This document shows, one piece after another, positions 16,217 through 24,527 of a stretch of 64,000 nt of DNA (its first letter is position 1; every line of letters starts with the position of its first letter). A program made the translations under genes and the position numbers. The DNA lies in assembly GCA_018240245.1 (NCBI GenBank), contig JAFEGD010000122.1:1901-65900 (forward strand), read 5' to 3'. The notes under the pieces are model-generated. The model had not been told where the DNA came from. It saw only the letters and a program-made list of their open reading frames with translations, and made no database searches. This DNA comes from Spirochaetota bacterium (GTDB lineage: Bacteria > Spirochaetota > Leptospiria > Turneriellales > Turneriellaceae).

Positions 16217-18415
16217 TCAGCGTAACCCACCAAAGGCACCGCCGAAATTGTCAGGATTTGCAAATACAGTACAACCATTTATCATGTTGCAATAATATGG
16301 CGTAGTATTTTCGGGGAAAAGCGGTAGGCCTGAAGACGCTCCGAAAAACACGTACCCGGTGCCTTTGCTGCCTGCACCGGGGCTTTGTGGCGATGCTGCA
16401 CCTGAACCACTATTAGATAAAGCGCCGACAACAAGATCGGCGTACCCATCGGCGTTTAAGTCGCCGCCTACGATATTGCTAATGCCAAAATTGCCGCTAA
16501 AGTTATCGGGGTTTTCGATTACGGTGCAATCGGGCATTCCGCCGCAGTAATATGCGCTATTACTTTCGTCGTGTTTCGTTATTCCCGCCACCGAGCCGTA
16601 ATGCGCATAAACAGCTCCTTTACTCGCGGGGCCGGTAGTTTGTGGAACAGCCGCGCCGTTACCTGAGTTCAAGTAAGCACCGATAATCACATCGGAGTAC
16701 CCATCGCCGTTAATATCGCCTGACGACACACCGCTGCCGTAATTACCACCATTGTTGTCGGGATTAGCGATTACAGTGCAATCGGGTGGGCCGGCGCAGT
16801 AGTATGCCGTCGCATTTTCTGCATGGAGTGTGATACCGATTGCAGAACCGTAAAATACATACGCTGCACCTTTTGATCCGGCACTCGATGCAGTTTGGGG
16901 AACTGCTGCGGCAGAACCCGTATTATTGAACGCACTAATCACAATGTCGGAAAAGCCGTCGCCGTTTGTGTCGCCCGCAGAGTATGCGGCTACACCAAAA
17001 GAACCGCCAGAATTATCGGGGTTTTGTACAACGGTGCAATCGGGCGGCCCGGCACAGTAATAGGGAGTAGTATTTTCATAGTGTAACGTCAGGCCGTTTG
17101 CCGAACCATAAAATATATATGCGGCACCTTTACCCGCATTGCCGGCAGTTTGTGGTACCGCCGCTGCCGAACCCGAGTTGCCAAACGCACCGATTACTAC
17201 ATCGCCGAAACCGTCTCCGTTGAGATCGCCCGCATAGCCGCCGCTAACGCCGAAGACACCGGCATAGTTATCAGGGTTTTGCACGACAGTACAATCGGGC
17301 GGCCCGGAGCAATAATATGGGGTGTTATTTTCTATATGCGTTGTAATTCCGGCAGGCGAACCGTAAAAGATATATGCCGCGCCTTTCTGGCCGGCAGCTC
17401 CGGCAGATTGCGGTACGGCGGCCCCCGTACCGTTATTCGAGCGCGCGGTCATAAGAACATCGGCATAGCCGTCGCCGTTAATATCGCCGGTCGTGCTCGC
17501 ATTATAGCCCACACCGCCGGCATAGTTATCGGGGTTGGCGATGACTGTACATAGCGGAGGGCCACCGCAAAAATAAGCGGCAGAGCCTTCGTCGTGTCCG
17601 ACGATTCCATCGGGGCCGCCATAAAAAATATACAATGCCCCGCGATTACTGGTTCCGGCCGATTGGGGAGGAGTCGCGCCGGTACCGTTATTGTTGAGAG
17701 CGCCGACAACTATATCGGCGTAACCGTCGCCGTTGACATCGCCCGCCATACCGACACCTTGTCCGAAGCTGCCGCCAAAGTTATCGGGATTCACAATGAC
17801 CGTGCAATCGGGCGGCCCGGAGCAATAATATGCCGAATTATTTTCGTCGTGTTTTGTAATACCGTTCACGCCACCGTAAAATATATATATCGCACCTCGG
17901 GAAGAGATCCCTGCGGTTTGTGGCGCTGCCGCACCCGTACCGTTATTGGCGTTCGCCCCCACAACGATGTCGGGAAAGCCGTCGCCGTTGATGTCAAAAT
18001 TGGGTCGCCGTATAAAATCTAGACGAATCGGATTGCTAGCTAATCCGCTGTCACCGCTTGCACGGGCATACAAAGTATGTTTAGTCGCAAATTGCCAGCC
18101 ACCGGCGGCCGCAGAGCCTGTCGGAATAAAGATTTTCCATTGTGTACCGCTGATTGTCGCTCGCTGATAGTTTCCCGAGTTATCCCAAGCTATTTCTATT
18201 GCTGCCGCGCCATCGGGAACTTGGCCAAATACGGCACCACTCCATAGTTCGCCCGCATAGTACGGGTTCGTGGAGTTACCGAGGCTATGTAGATTCGAGC
18301 CGCTCGCGAAAGAAAGCGGAGAACCTGAATATTCCCAAAATCTTCCCCAGCTTTTGCAATGATTCCCCAGTAATGAGATCAAGAAAGGAATCATTGGTAC
18401 AGCATTTTTTGACAT
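16217..18415 (-). CDS. FG-GAP (integrin-alpha-like) seven-repeat beta-propeller lipoprotein
   Basis: Seven consecutive ~84-aa units of D(I/L/V)NGDG(Y/F).D(I/V)V(V/I)GA...NG(T/S)GAA.PQ(T/S)AG...GA.YIFYG...YYC.GPPDCTV..NPDN..G.FG. A probable lipoprotein signal lies at the internal Met (MSKNAVPMIPFLISLLGNHC), although the ORF opens at 18466. Confidence 0.85.
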   Translation of the reverse strand: MSKNAVPMIPFLISLLGNHCKSWGRFWEYSGSPLSFASGSNLHSLGNSTNPYYAGELWSGAVFGQVPDGAAAIEIAWDNSGNYQRATISGTQWKIFIPTGSAAAGGWQFATKHTLYARASGDSGLASNPIRLDFIRRPNFDINGDGFPDIVVGANANNGTGAAAPQTAGISSRGAIYIFYGGVNGITKHDENNSAYYCSGPPDCTVIVNPDNFGGSFGQGVGMAGDVNGDGYADIVVGALNNNGTGATPPQSAGTSNRGALYIFYGGPDGIVGHDEGSAAYFCGGPPLCTVIANPDNYAGGVGYNASTTGDINGDGYADVLMTARSNNGTGAAVPQSAGAAGQKGAAYIFYGSPAGITTHIENNTPYYCSGPPDCTVVQNPDNYAGVFGVSGGYAGDLNGDGFGDVVIGAFGNSGSAAAVPQTAGNAGKGAAYIFYGSANGLTLHYENTTPYYCAGPPDCTVVQNPDNSGGSFGVAAYSAGDTNGDGFSDIVISAFNNTGSAAAVPQTASSAGSKGAAYVFYGSAIGITLHAENATAYYCAGPPDCTVIANPDNNGGNYGSGVSSGDINGDGYSDVIIGAYLNSGNGAAVPQTTGPASKGAVYAHYGSVAGITKHDESNSAYYCGGMPDCTVIENPDNFSGNFGISNIVGGDLNADGYADLVVGALSNSGSGAASPQSPGAGSKGTGYVFFGASSGLPLFPENTTPYYCNMINGCTVFANPDNFGGAFGGLR
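16220..17995 (-). repeat. Seven in-frame tandem coding repeats (~250 bp each) encoding the FG-GAP blades
   Basis: Periodic recurrence at protein level of the DxNGDG ... YIFYG ... YYCxGPPDCTV ... NPDN blocks. These are diverged copies, not identical DNA repeats. Confidence 0.8.
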
Positions 18416-18420
18416 TGTTT

Positions 18421-19122
18421 TCACGGCCTGCCCAAGCAATACACATAGCTCATCGGAGTCGCACAACTACCGCTTGTACTCATGTTCGTCCAGTTGGCAT
18501 TGGTGGCGGTCGAGCTACCAGTTGTCGCAGTTGAGCCACCCGTCGAAGACCAATCTGCGGGTGTATTACCGCATGCAGTGCCGGTAGAATTGCCGCTCAT
18601 AGATGTTGCGGTAAAGATGCTCGTTGAACTCAGTGGCGCGCCCGTTTGGTCGTATTGAATGGCATTCGCGAGGTTACCGCTGAAGAGCTGAGCGTAGCCG
18701 TTCGCTACAACCTGTCCCGCGCGATTTTTCCAAGTCGGGCTGCCTTGCGGAATTGAACAGTTGACTCCCGACATACCCTGAATCCGACAGGTCATATCGA
18801 GCGGTGTTATGGCTCCGCTACCCGTGCTGAGCCAAGCGATATACATTTGGCCTGGTTGTGCGATTCCGTTTGAAACCGCGACAAAATTGCAATAGCAGTC
18901 TGCCGCCGCAAAACCCGTGCCGCTACAACCCATCGCGGCGCCGGCGGAAGCGAGCGGTGCCATGCTACCGTCGGTGAGCGTCGAGCCGACAAAAATCTGT
19001 AGCGAAATCCCCGAGCCACTATTCGTTATTGACGCCGGGTTAGCCATTTTATCGTAGAGGCCGTAGTTACTACAATTCACGGCGATGAGTGTTAGTGCGA
19101 TTGCCGTAGCGAGTACTTTCAT
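18421..19122 (-). CDS. DUF1554-like (Cys-containing, C-type-lectin/endostatin-like fold) lipoprotein
   Basis: Lipobox LIAVNCS. Pattern IFVGSTLTDGSM...GCSGTGFAAADCYC...AWLSTGSG...C ending YVYCLGRP. This parallels the RVFLT..GN.GG..AADAMC...FKAMIAS...LYCVEQ domain of the 24528-25994 product. Confidence 0.6.
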   Translation of the reverse strand: MKVLATAIALTLIAVNCSNYGLYDKMANPASITNSGSGISLQIFVGSTLTDGSMAPLASAGAAMGCSGTGFAAADCYCNFVAVSNGIAQPGQMYIAWLSTGSGAITPLDMTCRIQGMSGVNCSIPQGSPTWKNRAGQVVANGYAQLFSGNLANAIQYDQTGAPLSSTSIFTATSMSGNSTGTACGNTPADWSSTGGSTATTGSSTATNANWTNMSTSGSCATPMSYVYCLGRP

Positions 19123-19131
19123 AATCCCCCC

Positions 19132-20238
19132 TTAAAAAACTACCGAAAGTGAAAGTGTGCCGCCGATAGCCATCACCGGCTTCGGCGAGTCGTAATACAT
19201 TTTCCAATCGCCTTCGAGACCGAGCGAGAGAAAAGAGAATATCAAGAAATGCATACCCGTACGCGCGGTGATAAACGGACCTTTGACAATATCGGAACCG
19301 CTTGAGTAGCCCATACAATTGCCGGAACATTGCGGATAGTAGCTAAACTTGCCAACATAGTAACCGAGACCGGCGGCGTTCGTCCAGCGCCAGCGCGGCG
19401 AGAGATCGAAAAAATAACCCGCCATCGCGGCGACCGCACCAACATCGAAATTCGATTGCATCGGACTGTTATTCGCGTTGGATTTTACACTGCCGAAGTT
19501 GGCAAGTACGCCCCAGTGAAAATTATCGACGAATCGGCGATAGACTTGCAGCGATGCGCTTGGCTGTGCGTTGTCGATGTGTGCATTGTCGCGATTTAGC
19601 ATAAAAAAGCTGGGACCGATACCTACCGATATCATCCAATTTTGGTCGGCCCATGTCTTTGACTTCTCGGTGCGTTCGAGTTGAGTTTTCTTTTTCGCAT
19701 CGAGTTCGGCCTTGCCTTTCGCCTGTTGTTGTTCGAGCGCGACTTTAGTGATCTCGGCGACGATGTCGCTGGCGACGTGATCGGCCGCTTGAAAAATTGT
19801 GGCGTCGACGCGGTTTTCAGTCGGCGAGAGCGTGCGAAATTTATCGGTCGAGCCGAGCGAAATTTCTGTGTTAATCGAAATCTCTTTCTCGGTTTCGCTG
19901 AATGTAAAATTACCGTAGATTAAAATATCGATGTCGGCGAGGCGACAAACCTCTGCCGCCTCTTTGGCGCCAAAAACACCTTTACTCTGAGCGCGCACTT
20001 GTGCGATAAAAGGTTCGATCTTGCCGGGATCGACTTCAATAAACTCGAATTTCGTGTGCATCGATTTTGTGATCGCTTCTTGCAGCGACCCCGGCATGTA
20101 CTCGAAATTTTTCGTGCCGGTCTTATCGTCGTAACGCAAAATGACGACGCGCGCGGTATCGGGTTTCTTCGCGGCGTCTTCGGCGAAGCGTGGCGCGACG
20201 GCAAAAAACGCTAAAAATACGGCATACTTTAAGCTCAT
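19132..20238 (-). CDS. Predicted outer-membrane protein (N-terminal periplasmic domain + C-terminal beta-barrel)
   Basis: Signal peptide (AVFLAFFAVAPRFAED). The C-terminal half has alternating aromatic/glycine-rich strands and a terminal ...LSLSVVF. Lies 9 nt upstream of the next gene in the same direction. Confidence 0.6.
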   Translation of the reverse strand: MSLKYAVFLAFFAVAPRFAEDAAKKPDTARVVILRYDDKTGTKNFEYMPGSLQEAITKSMHTKFEFIEVDPGKIEPFIAQVRAQSKGVFGAKEAAEVCRLADIDILIYGNFTFSETEKEISINTEISLGSTDKFRTLSPTENRVDATIFQAADHVASDIVAEITKVALEQQQAKGKAELDAKKKTQLERTEKSKTWADQNWMISVGIGPSFFMLNRDNAHIDNAQPSASLQVYRRFVDNFHWGVLANFGSVKSNANNSPMQSNFDVGAVAAMAGYFFDLSPRWRWTNAAGLGYYVGKFSYYPQCSGNCMGYSSGSDIVKGPFITARTGMHFLIFSFLSLGLEGDWKMYYDSPKPVMAIGGTLSLSVVF

Positions 20239-20317
20239 TGTCTTCTATAGACGCGAGCAAGGCGACAATGTCAACAAAAAGAAAGAGCGACTGCCGACGT
20301 AATTGTTATGTTAACAA

Positions 20318-22426
20318 CTAAGTAGGATTTTCTTCTCTTCGCATGGGTGCGATCGAAAAGCGCAAGGCACCCAACCGAAAAAACTTTTTTTCACCGATCG
20401 GTAAAAGTAACAGCAACCCCATCGCGACAAAAAATGCAAACCCGGCCCACACCCAGCGCACCAAGGGGTTAATCCACAGTTGCAAGACAAGCTTGCCTTT
20501 CTCTTCGCCGCCCAACTGCAAATAAACGTCGCGAAAGAGCGTCGAGATAATCGCGGGCTCCGACGTGTTCTGCGTGTCGGAGTAACTGCCTTCGCGAAAA
20601 TTATACATCGGGTAGGTGCGAATTTCGGTCGTGTCGCGCCCCAAGAGCTTGTTGTCGCGGTAGACGGCTATCGTCACCATGCGCGTCGTGTAGAGCGGCA
20701 CCCTGGCGTCTTTGGGCATGCCGACCTCTTCAAACTTCTCGGCATGAATTTGGTAACCGGCAAAACTCTGCGCCTCGCCGGGTTGCAGCGTGAGCCGCGT
20801 CTCGTTCGCAAACGCGAGCCCTGCAAAGCCCGAAAAAAGAATTGCCAGCGAGATATGCACCATGTAGCCCAAAAAGCGGCGTTTGTTCTGAAACAGCGTA
20901 AGGATTATCCCCAGAACAAAATTTTCGCGCGTATAGGCGATACGCGCACGCGCAGCGGTGAGCCATTCTTCGAGCACGCCGGTTACGACGAATGCCGCAA
21001 CGCCGAAGGTCACGATCGCTAAAATTTTTCCTGTGCTCCACTCGATGCCGCCGCGTGTCACAATGAAGTATGCGACAGCGGCGGCAACGAGACCCGCAAG
21101 CGCGGGCCAGCGCATGCCTTTCAAAAGCGTGCGTACTTTTGTCACGCGCCACGTCAAGAGCGGCCCAATGCCGGTGAGTATGAGTATCACGATACCCATC
21201 GGGCCCATGAAGCGGTTGAACCACTCGGCGGTGACCGATTCGCGGCGTCCCGAAATCGCCTCGCTGATCGTCGGGTACATTGTGCCGAAAAATACGATAA
21301 AGAGCGACGCGAGTAAAAGTACGTTGTTGAATAAAAAACCGACTTCGCGGCTGAGTAGCGACTCGATCGGCTGCGCCGATTTGAGTAGGTCGTAGCGATA
21401 CCAGATTAGCCACGCGCAGAAGAGCGCTGTGATAAGAACGAACCCCATAAAAAAACCGCCGAGGTTCGATTGCGCAAACGCATGCACCGATTGCACGATG
21501 CCCGAGCGCGTGAGTGCCGTGCCGACGACAGTCATAATAAACGAAATCGAAACCAACACCATGTTCCACACCTTGAGCATACCGCGCCGCTCTTGCACAA
21601 TGATCGAATGCAAGAACGCGGTCGCAGTGAGCCACGGCATCAGCGAGGCGTTCTCGACCGGGTCCCATGCCCAATAGCCGCCCCAGCCAAGCTCTTCGTA
21701 CGCCCATTTGCCGCCGAGTAAAATTCCCGTGCCGAGAAAAAACCAACTAAAGAGCGTCCAGCGGCGCACGTGTTTCACCCACGAAATCTGCGAGGGCTGA
21801 GCCGCTCCAGATTTCGTCGCTAATAAATACGACATCGCGATGGCGAATGGCACCGCGAACGAAACATAGCCCAAATACAAAATCGGCGGATGGATAATCA
21901 TCGCCCAATGCTGCAATAACGGATTTAAGCCGCGCCCTTCGGCGTGCGCAAAGAGTTTATCCCCCGCGCTGAACACGCGAAACGGGTCTGAGGTCGGCGA
22001 GAAGCAACCGATCGCCGTGAAGAAAAGCGAGATCGTCATGAGAATCGCGATCATGTAAGGTTCGAGCGTCGGTTCGACTTTGCGAATATGGCGCACTGCA
22101 AGATAAGAAAATAAAATAACGAGAAAGTTCCACCACAACATCGAGCCCGCTTGCCCCGCCCAAATCGAGGTGAAGCGATAGAAGAGCGGCAATTGCAAAT
22201 TGACGTGTTCGGCGACATAGACGATCGAAAAATCGGCGCTCACCAACATATAGAGCAAGAGCGCAACACAAATCGCCGCCGCAATGAGGTGCAGTTCGAG
22301 TGCCGACCGCGAGAGTTTCAAATAGCGTGCGTTGCCCGATTTGCGCGCGGCGAGCACGGCCGTCAACGCCGAGTACGCCGCCGTCGCGAGCATTAAGTTA
22401 AAAATAACCGAAGCAAAGATATGCAT
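20318..22426 (-). CDS. ccmF: Cytochrome c-type biogenesis protein CcmF (heme lyase/heme-handling family)
   Basis: Trp-rich WWD motif WGGYWAWDPVENASLMPWL. About 15 TM segments and a length of ~700 aa. Confidence 0.88.
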   Translation of the reverse strand: MHIFASVIFNLMLATAAYSALTAVLAARKSGNARYLKLSRSALELHLIAAAICVALLLYMLVSADFSIVYVAEHVNLQLPLFYRFTSIWAGQAGSMLWWNFLVILFSYLAVRHIRKVEPTLEPYMIAILMTISLFFTAIGCFSPTSDPFRVFSAGDKLFAHAEGRGLNPLLQHWAMIIHPPILYLGYVSFAVPFAIAMSYLLATKSGAAQPSQISWVKHVRRWTLFSWFFLGTGILLGGKWAYEELGWGGYWAWDPVENASLMPWLTATAFLHSIIVQERRGMLKVWNMVLVSISFIMTVVGTALTRSGIVQSVHAFAQSNLGGFFMGFVLITALFCAWLIWYRYDLLKSAQPIESLLSREVGFLFNNVLLLASLFIVFFGTMYPTISEAISGRRESVTAEWFNRFMGPMGIVILILTGIGPLLTWRVTKVRTLLKGMRWPALAGLVAAAVAYFIVTRGGIEWSTGKILAIVTFGVAAFVVTGVLEEWLTAARARIAYTRENFVLGIILTLFQNKRRFLGYMVHISLAILFSGFAGLAFANETRLTLQPGEAQSFAGYQIHAEKFEEVGMPKDARVPLYTTRMVTIAVYRDNKLLGRDTTEIRTYPMYNFREGSYSDTQNTSEPAIISTLFRDVYLQLGGEEKGKLVLQLWINPLVRWVWAGFAFFVAMGLLLLLPIGEKKFFRLGALRFSIAPMRREENPT

Positions 22427-23347
22427 TTATTCTCCTTCAATCACAACACCGAAACCGTCGGGGTGCGCCTTGACTGTCCATTCGACGTGCGCGGTATTCG
22501 CGCCTTTGGTTTCTCTTAAGAACGAGGCTACGGCTCGCGCACGCATTGCGGCAAGATGTTTTGCGCGAGGAGCTTTCGCGTCGGCAAAGCCTTGAATACG
22601 AATGGCGGTATAGCGCGAAATTTCGAGCGCTGCCAGTTGCCGCCGCGCATCGCGCGAAATTTGCATCGAGCCGCCAGCAAATTCGATCTGTGCGAGAACT
22701 TGCGGCACGCTCGCGGCTTTTACAACGGCTTGCTCTGGTTTCAAATTTTGTGGAAGCGCTTTCAGTAAGTATTCGCTTGGCGTAAGCGCGATCGCCGATT
22801 GGCTTGCTCCAAAATCTTTTTCGAGCAGCATCAAGAACTCTGCGGCATAATAGCGCGCGGCAAAGCTCATGCGATTTTCATTAGCGTCGGCTTGCGCTGC
22901 ATTGACTCTAATTTGTGCGGTCATCTTACCGTTCTTATAACTGAACCCCGCAGGTGATAGAGAGAGTGCGCGGCTATCGGTATCGAACGTAAACGGTGCC
23001 CGTGCGGGGCATTCGCTCGCGATAATTACCGGCGCGGTAAAACCCGTAGCAATAAAAAGCGGTTCTTGAGGTTCTGTAATCTGTAGCGTGCAGACTACGG
23101 GGCCAAAGTGCATACGGTAGTCGGTTGTGAGTCTTTGGCTCTCGGCACCTTTCGCATATTCGGGGTTGGCTGCGCGCAACGCGACCAAGTCGTCGCTCAC
23201 GGCAAGGTAGAGCGCTTTTTCGGTCGAGCCTTGCGCACGCAACGCTTCGGCGCGAGCGATGATGTCGACAAAGGTGGGTGATTTTTTGTTTTCGGTCGCC
23301 GAGCAGGCGAGTGCGAAAACTGCGACGACAGAAAGAAAGAACCGCAT
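22427..23347 (-). CDS. Lipoprotein with a weak OmpA-C-like C-terminal domain
   Basis: Lipobox at the internal Met (MRFFLSVVAVFALACS), although the ORF opens at 23380. The C-terminus IRIQGFADAKAPRAKHLAAMRARAVASFL loosely follows the OmpA-C pattern (GhtD...N..LS..RA.aV). Its stop abuts the ccmF start with 0 nt gap. Confidence 0.5.
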   Translation of the reverse strand: MRFFLSVVAVFALACSATENKKSPTFVDIIARAEALRAQGSTEKALYLAVSDDLVALRAANPEYAKGAESQRLTTDYRMHFGPVVCTLQITEPQEPLFIATGFTAPVIIASECPARAPFTFDTDSRALSLSPAGFSYKNGKMTAQIRVNAAQADANENRMSFAARYYAAEFLMLLEKDFGASQSAIALTPSEYLLKALPQNLKPEQAVVKAASVPQVLAQIEFAGGSMQISRDARRQLAALEISRYTAIRIQGFADAKAPRAKHLAAMRARAVASFLRETKGANTAHVEWTVKAHPDGFGVVIEGE

Positions 23348-23408
23348 GCGATAGAACAGAAGAGTGCGATAAGGTGGCAACGAAGAAGAAGTTTACGTAA
23401 CGATTTAA

Positions 23409-23434
23409 TAGCGACGCGATGAATCGCGTCGCTA
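23409..23434. promoter_or_regulatory. 26-nt palindrome (12+2+12) ending 9 nt before the gcvT start codon
   Basis: TAGCGACGCGAT-ga-ATCGCGTCGCTA has perfect arms. It occupies the region where an SD would be expected. Confidence 0.35.
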
Positions 23435-23443
23435 CAGTATCGC

Positions 23444-24511
23444 ATGAAATCCACCCCATTAGAAGCCGAGCACAAAAACTTGGGCGCAAAATTTACCGAG
23501 TTCGCGGGCTATAATATGCCGGTCTCTTACGGCGCGGTTAAAGACGAGGTAACAGCGGTGCGTAGCGCTTGCGGAATGTTCGACGTATCGCACATGCTGC
23601 CGATTTCGCTGAAAGCGACAAGCCGCGAAAAACTCGTGCAAGCGCTCAATCGCATTTGCGTGCGCGCGACCGATAAGCTCAAAAGTGGCAAGGCGCAATA
23701 TAACGCATTCTATAACGAACACGCGGGGCTCGTCGACGATATTACCATCTCAGCGCTCTCCGACACGCATTGGCTCATTGTCGCGAACGCAGGTAATCGC
23801 GACGCCGATGTTGCGCACTTACAAAAGCATACCGCCGATCTTATCGAAATTCAGCCGTGGGCGGATTACACACTCATCGCAATTCAGGGGCCGAAAGCGC
23901 AGGTTTTTCTTCAAAAGAAATTTTCATTCTTAGACGATCTCTATTACTACGAAGCGAAACTCGCCAACGAAAAAACGTTCGTTGCGCGCATGGGCTATAC
24001 CGGCGAAGACGGTTTTGAAATTGCGATGCCCGCAAACGAAGGTATTGCTCTTTGGCGCGAACTGACTGCGGCGGGTGTGACGCCGTGCGGCCTCGCCGCG
24101 CGCGACGTGCTGCGTTTAGAGGCGCTGATGCCGCTCTATGGGCACGAACTCGCGACAACGCTGCGCCCGCAAGAGTCGGGTATTGCATTTATCTACAACG
24201 ACCATGAGTGCATTGCGCCGCGTGCGTTACGCGAAGCGCCCGTCGCAAATATAACCTGCGGCTTTCGCATGGTAGCCGAAGGCGTGCCGCGCCAAGGCTA
24301 TGCGATCGTCGCGGGCGACGGCAACCGAGTCGGCGAAGTTACGAGCGGTACGTTTTCTTTCACGCAAAATTACGGCATGGGTATGATGAGAATTTCGAGT
24401 GCAACTAAAGCGCAAGAGCTTTATGTAGAAATTCGCCAAGAAAAGAAGCCGATTGAAATTCTCGAAAAAGCACCAATCAGAAGCGGCGCAAGAAAAAGAC
24501 CGAAGGCATAA
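23444..24511 (+). CDS. gcvT: Glycine cleavage system aminomethyltransferase (T protein)
   Basis: N-terminal TPLEAEHKNLGAKFTEFAGYNMPVSYG...EVTAVRSACGMFDVSHM and a mid-region MGYTGEDGFEI. Confidence 0.92.
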   Translation: MKSTPLEAEHKNLGAKFTEFAGYNMPVSYGAVKDEVTAVRSACGMFDVSHMLPISLKATSREKLVQALNRICVRATDKLKSGKAQYNAFYNEHAGLVDDITISALSDTHWLIVANAGNRDADVAHLQKHTADLIEIQPWADYTLIAIQGPKAQVFLQKKFSFLDDLYYYEAKLANEKTFVARMGYTGEDGFEIAMPANEGIALWRELTAAGVTPCGLAARDVLRLEALMPLYGHELATTLRPQESGIAFIYNDHECIAPRALREAPVANITCGFRMVAEGVPRQGYAIVAGDGNRVGEVTSGTFSFTQNYGMGMMRISSATKAQELYVEIRQEKKPIEILEKAPIRSGARKRPKA

Positions 24512-24527
24512 AAGACTTTGAACGACT

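Noticed and set aside
16220-17995. Regularly spaced DNA repeats, considered as a possible CRISPR or tandem satellite.
   Set aside because: The periodicity (~250 bp) is in-frame and encodes diverged FG-GAP blades. There are no short identical direct repeats separated by unique spacers.
20730-21746. A 338-aa ORF on the same strand as ccmF in another frame, plus several + strand ORFs (20480-21022, 20958-21395) inside ccmF.
   Set aside because: They are fully nested in a gene with an unmistakable CcmF motif set. Their Arg/Ala/His-rich, low-complexity translations are typical of off-frame shadows in mid/high-GC DNA.
23381-23443. A glycine riboswitch upstream of gcvT.
   Set aside because: The spacer is only 63-96 nt and lacks the conserved glycine-aptamer core as far as I can tell by eye. 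Only a simple palindrome is present, and it is reported separately.
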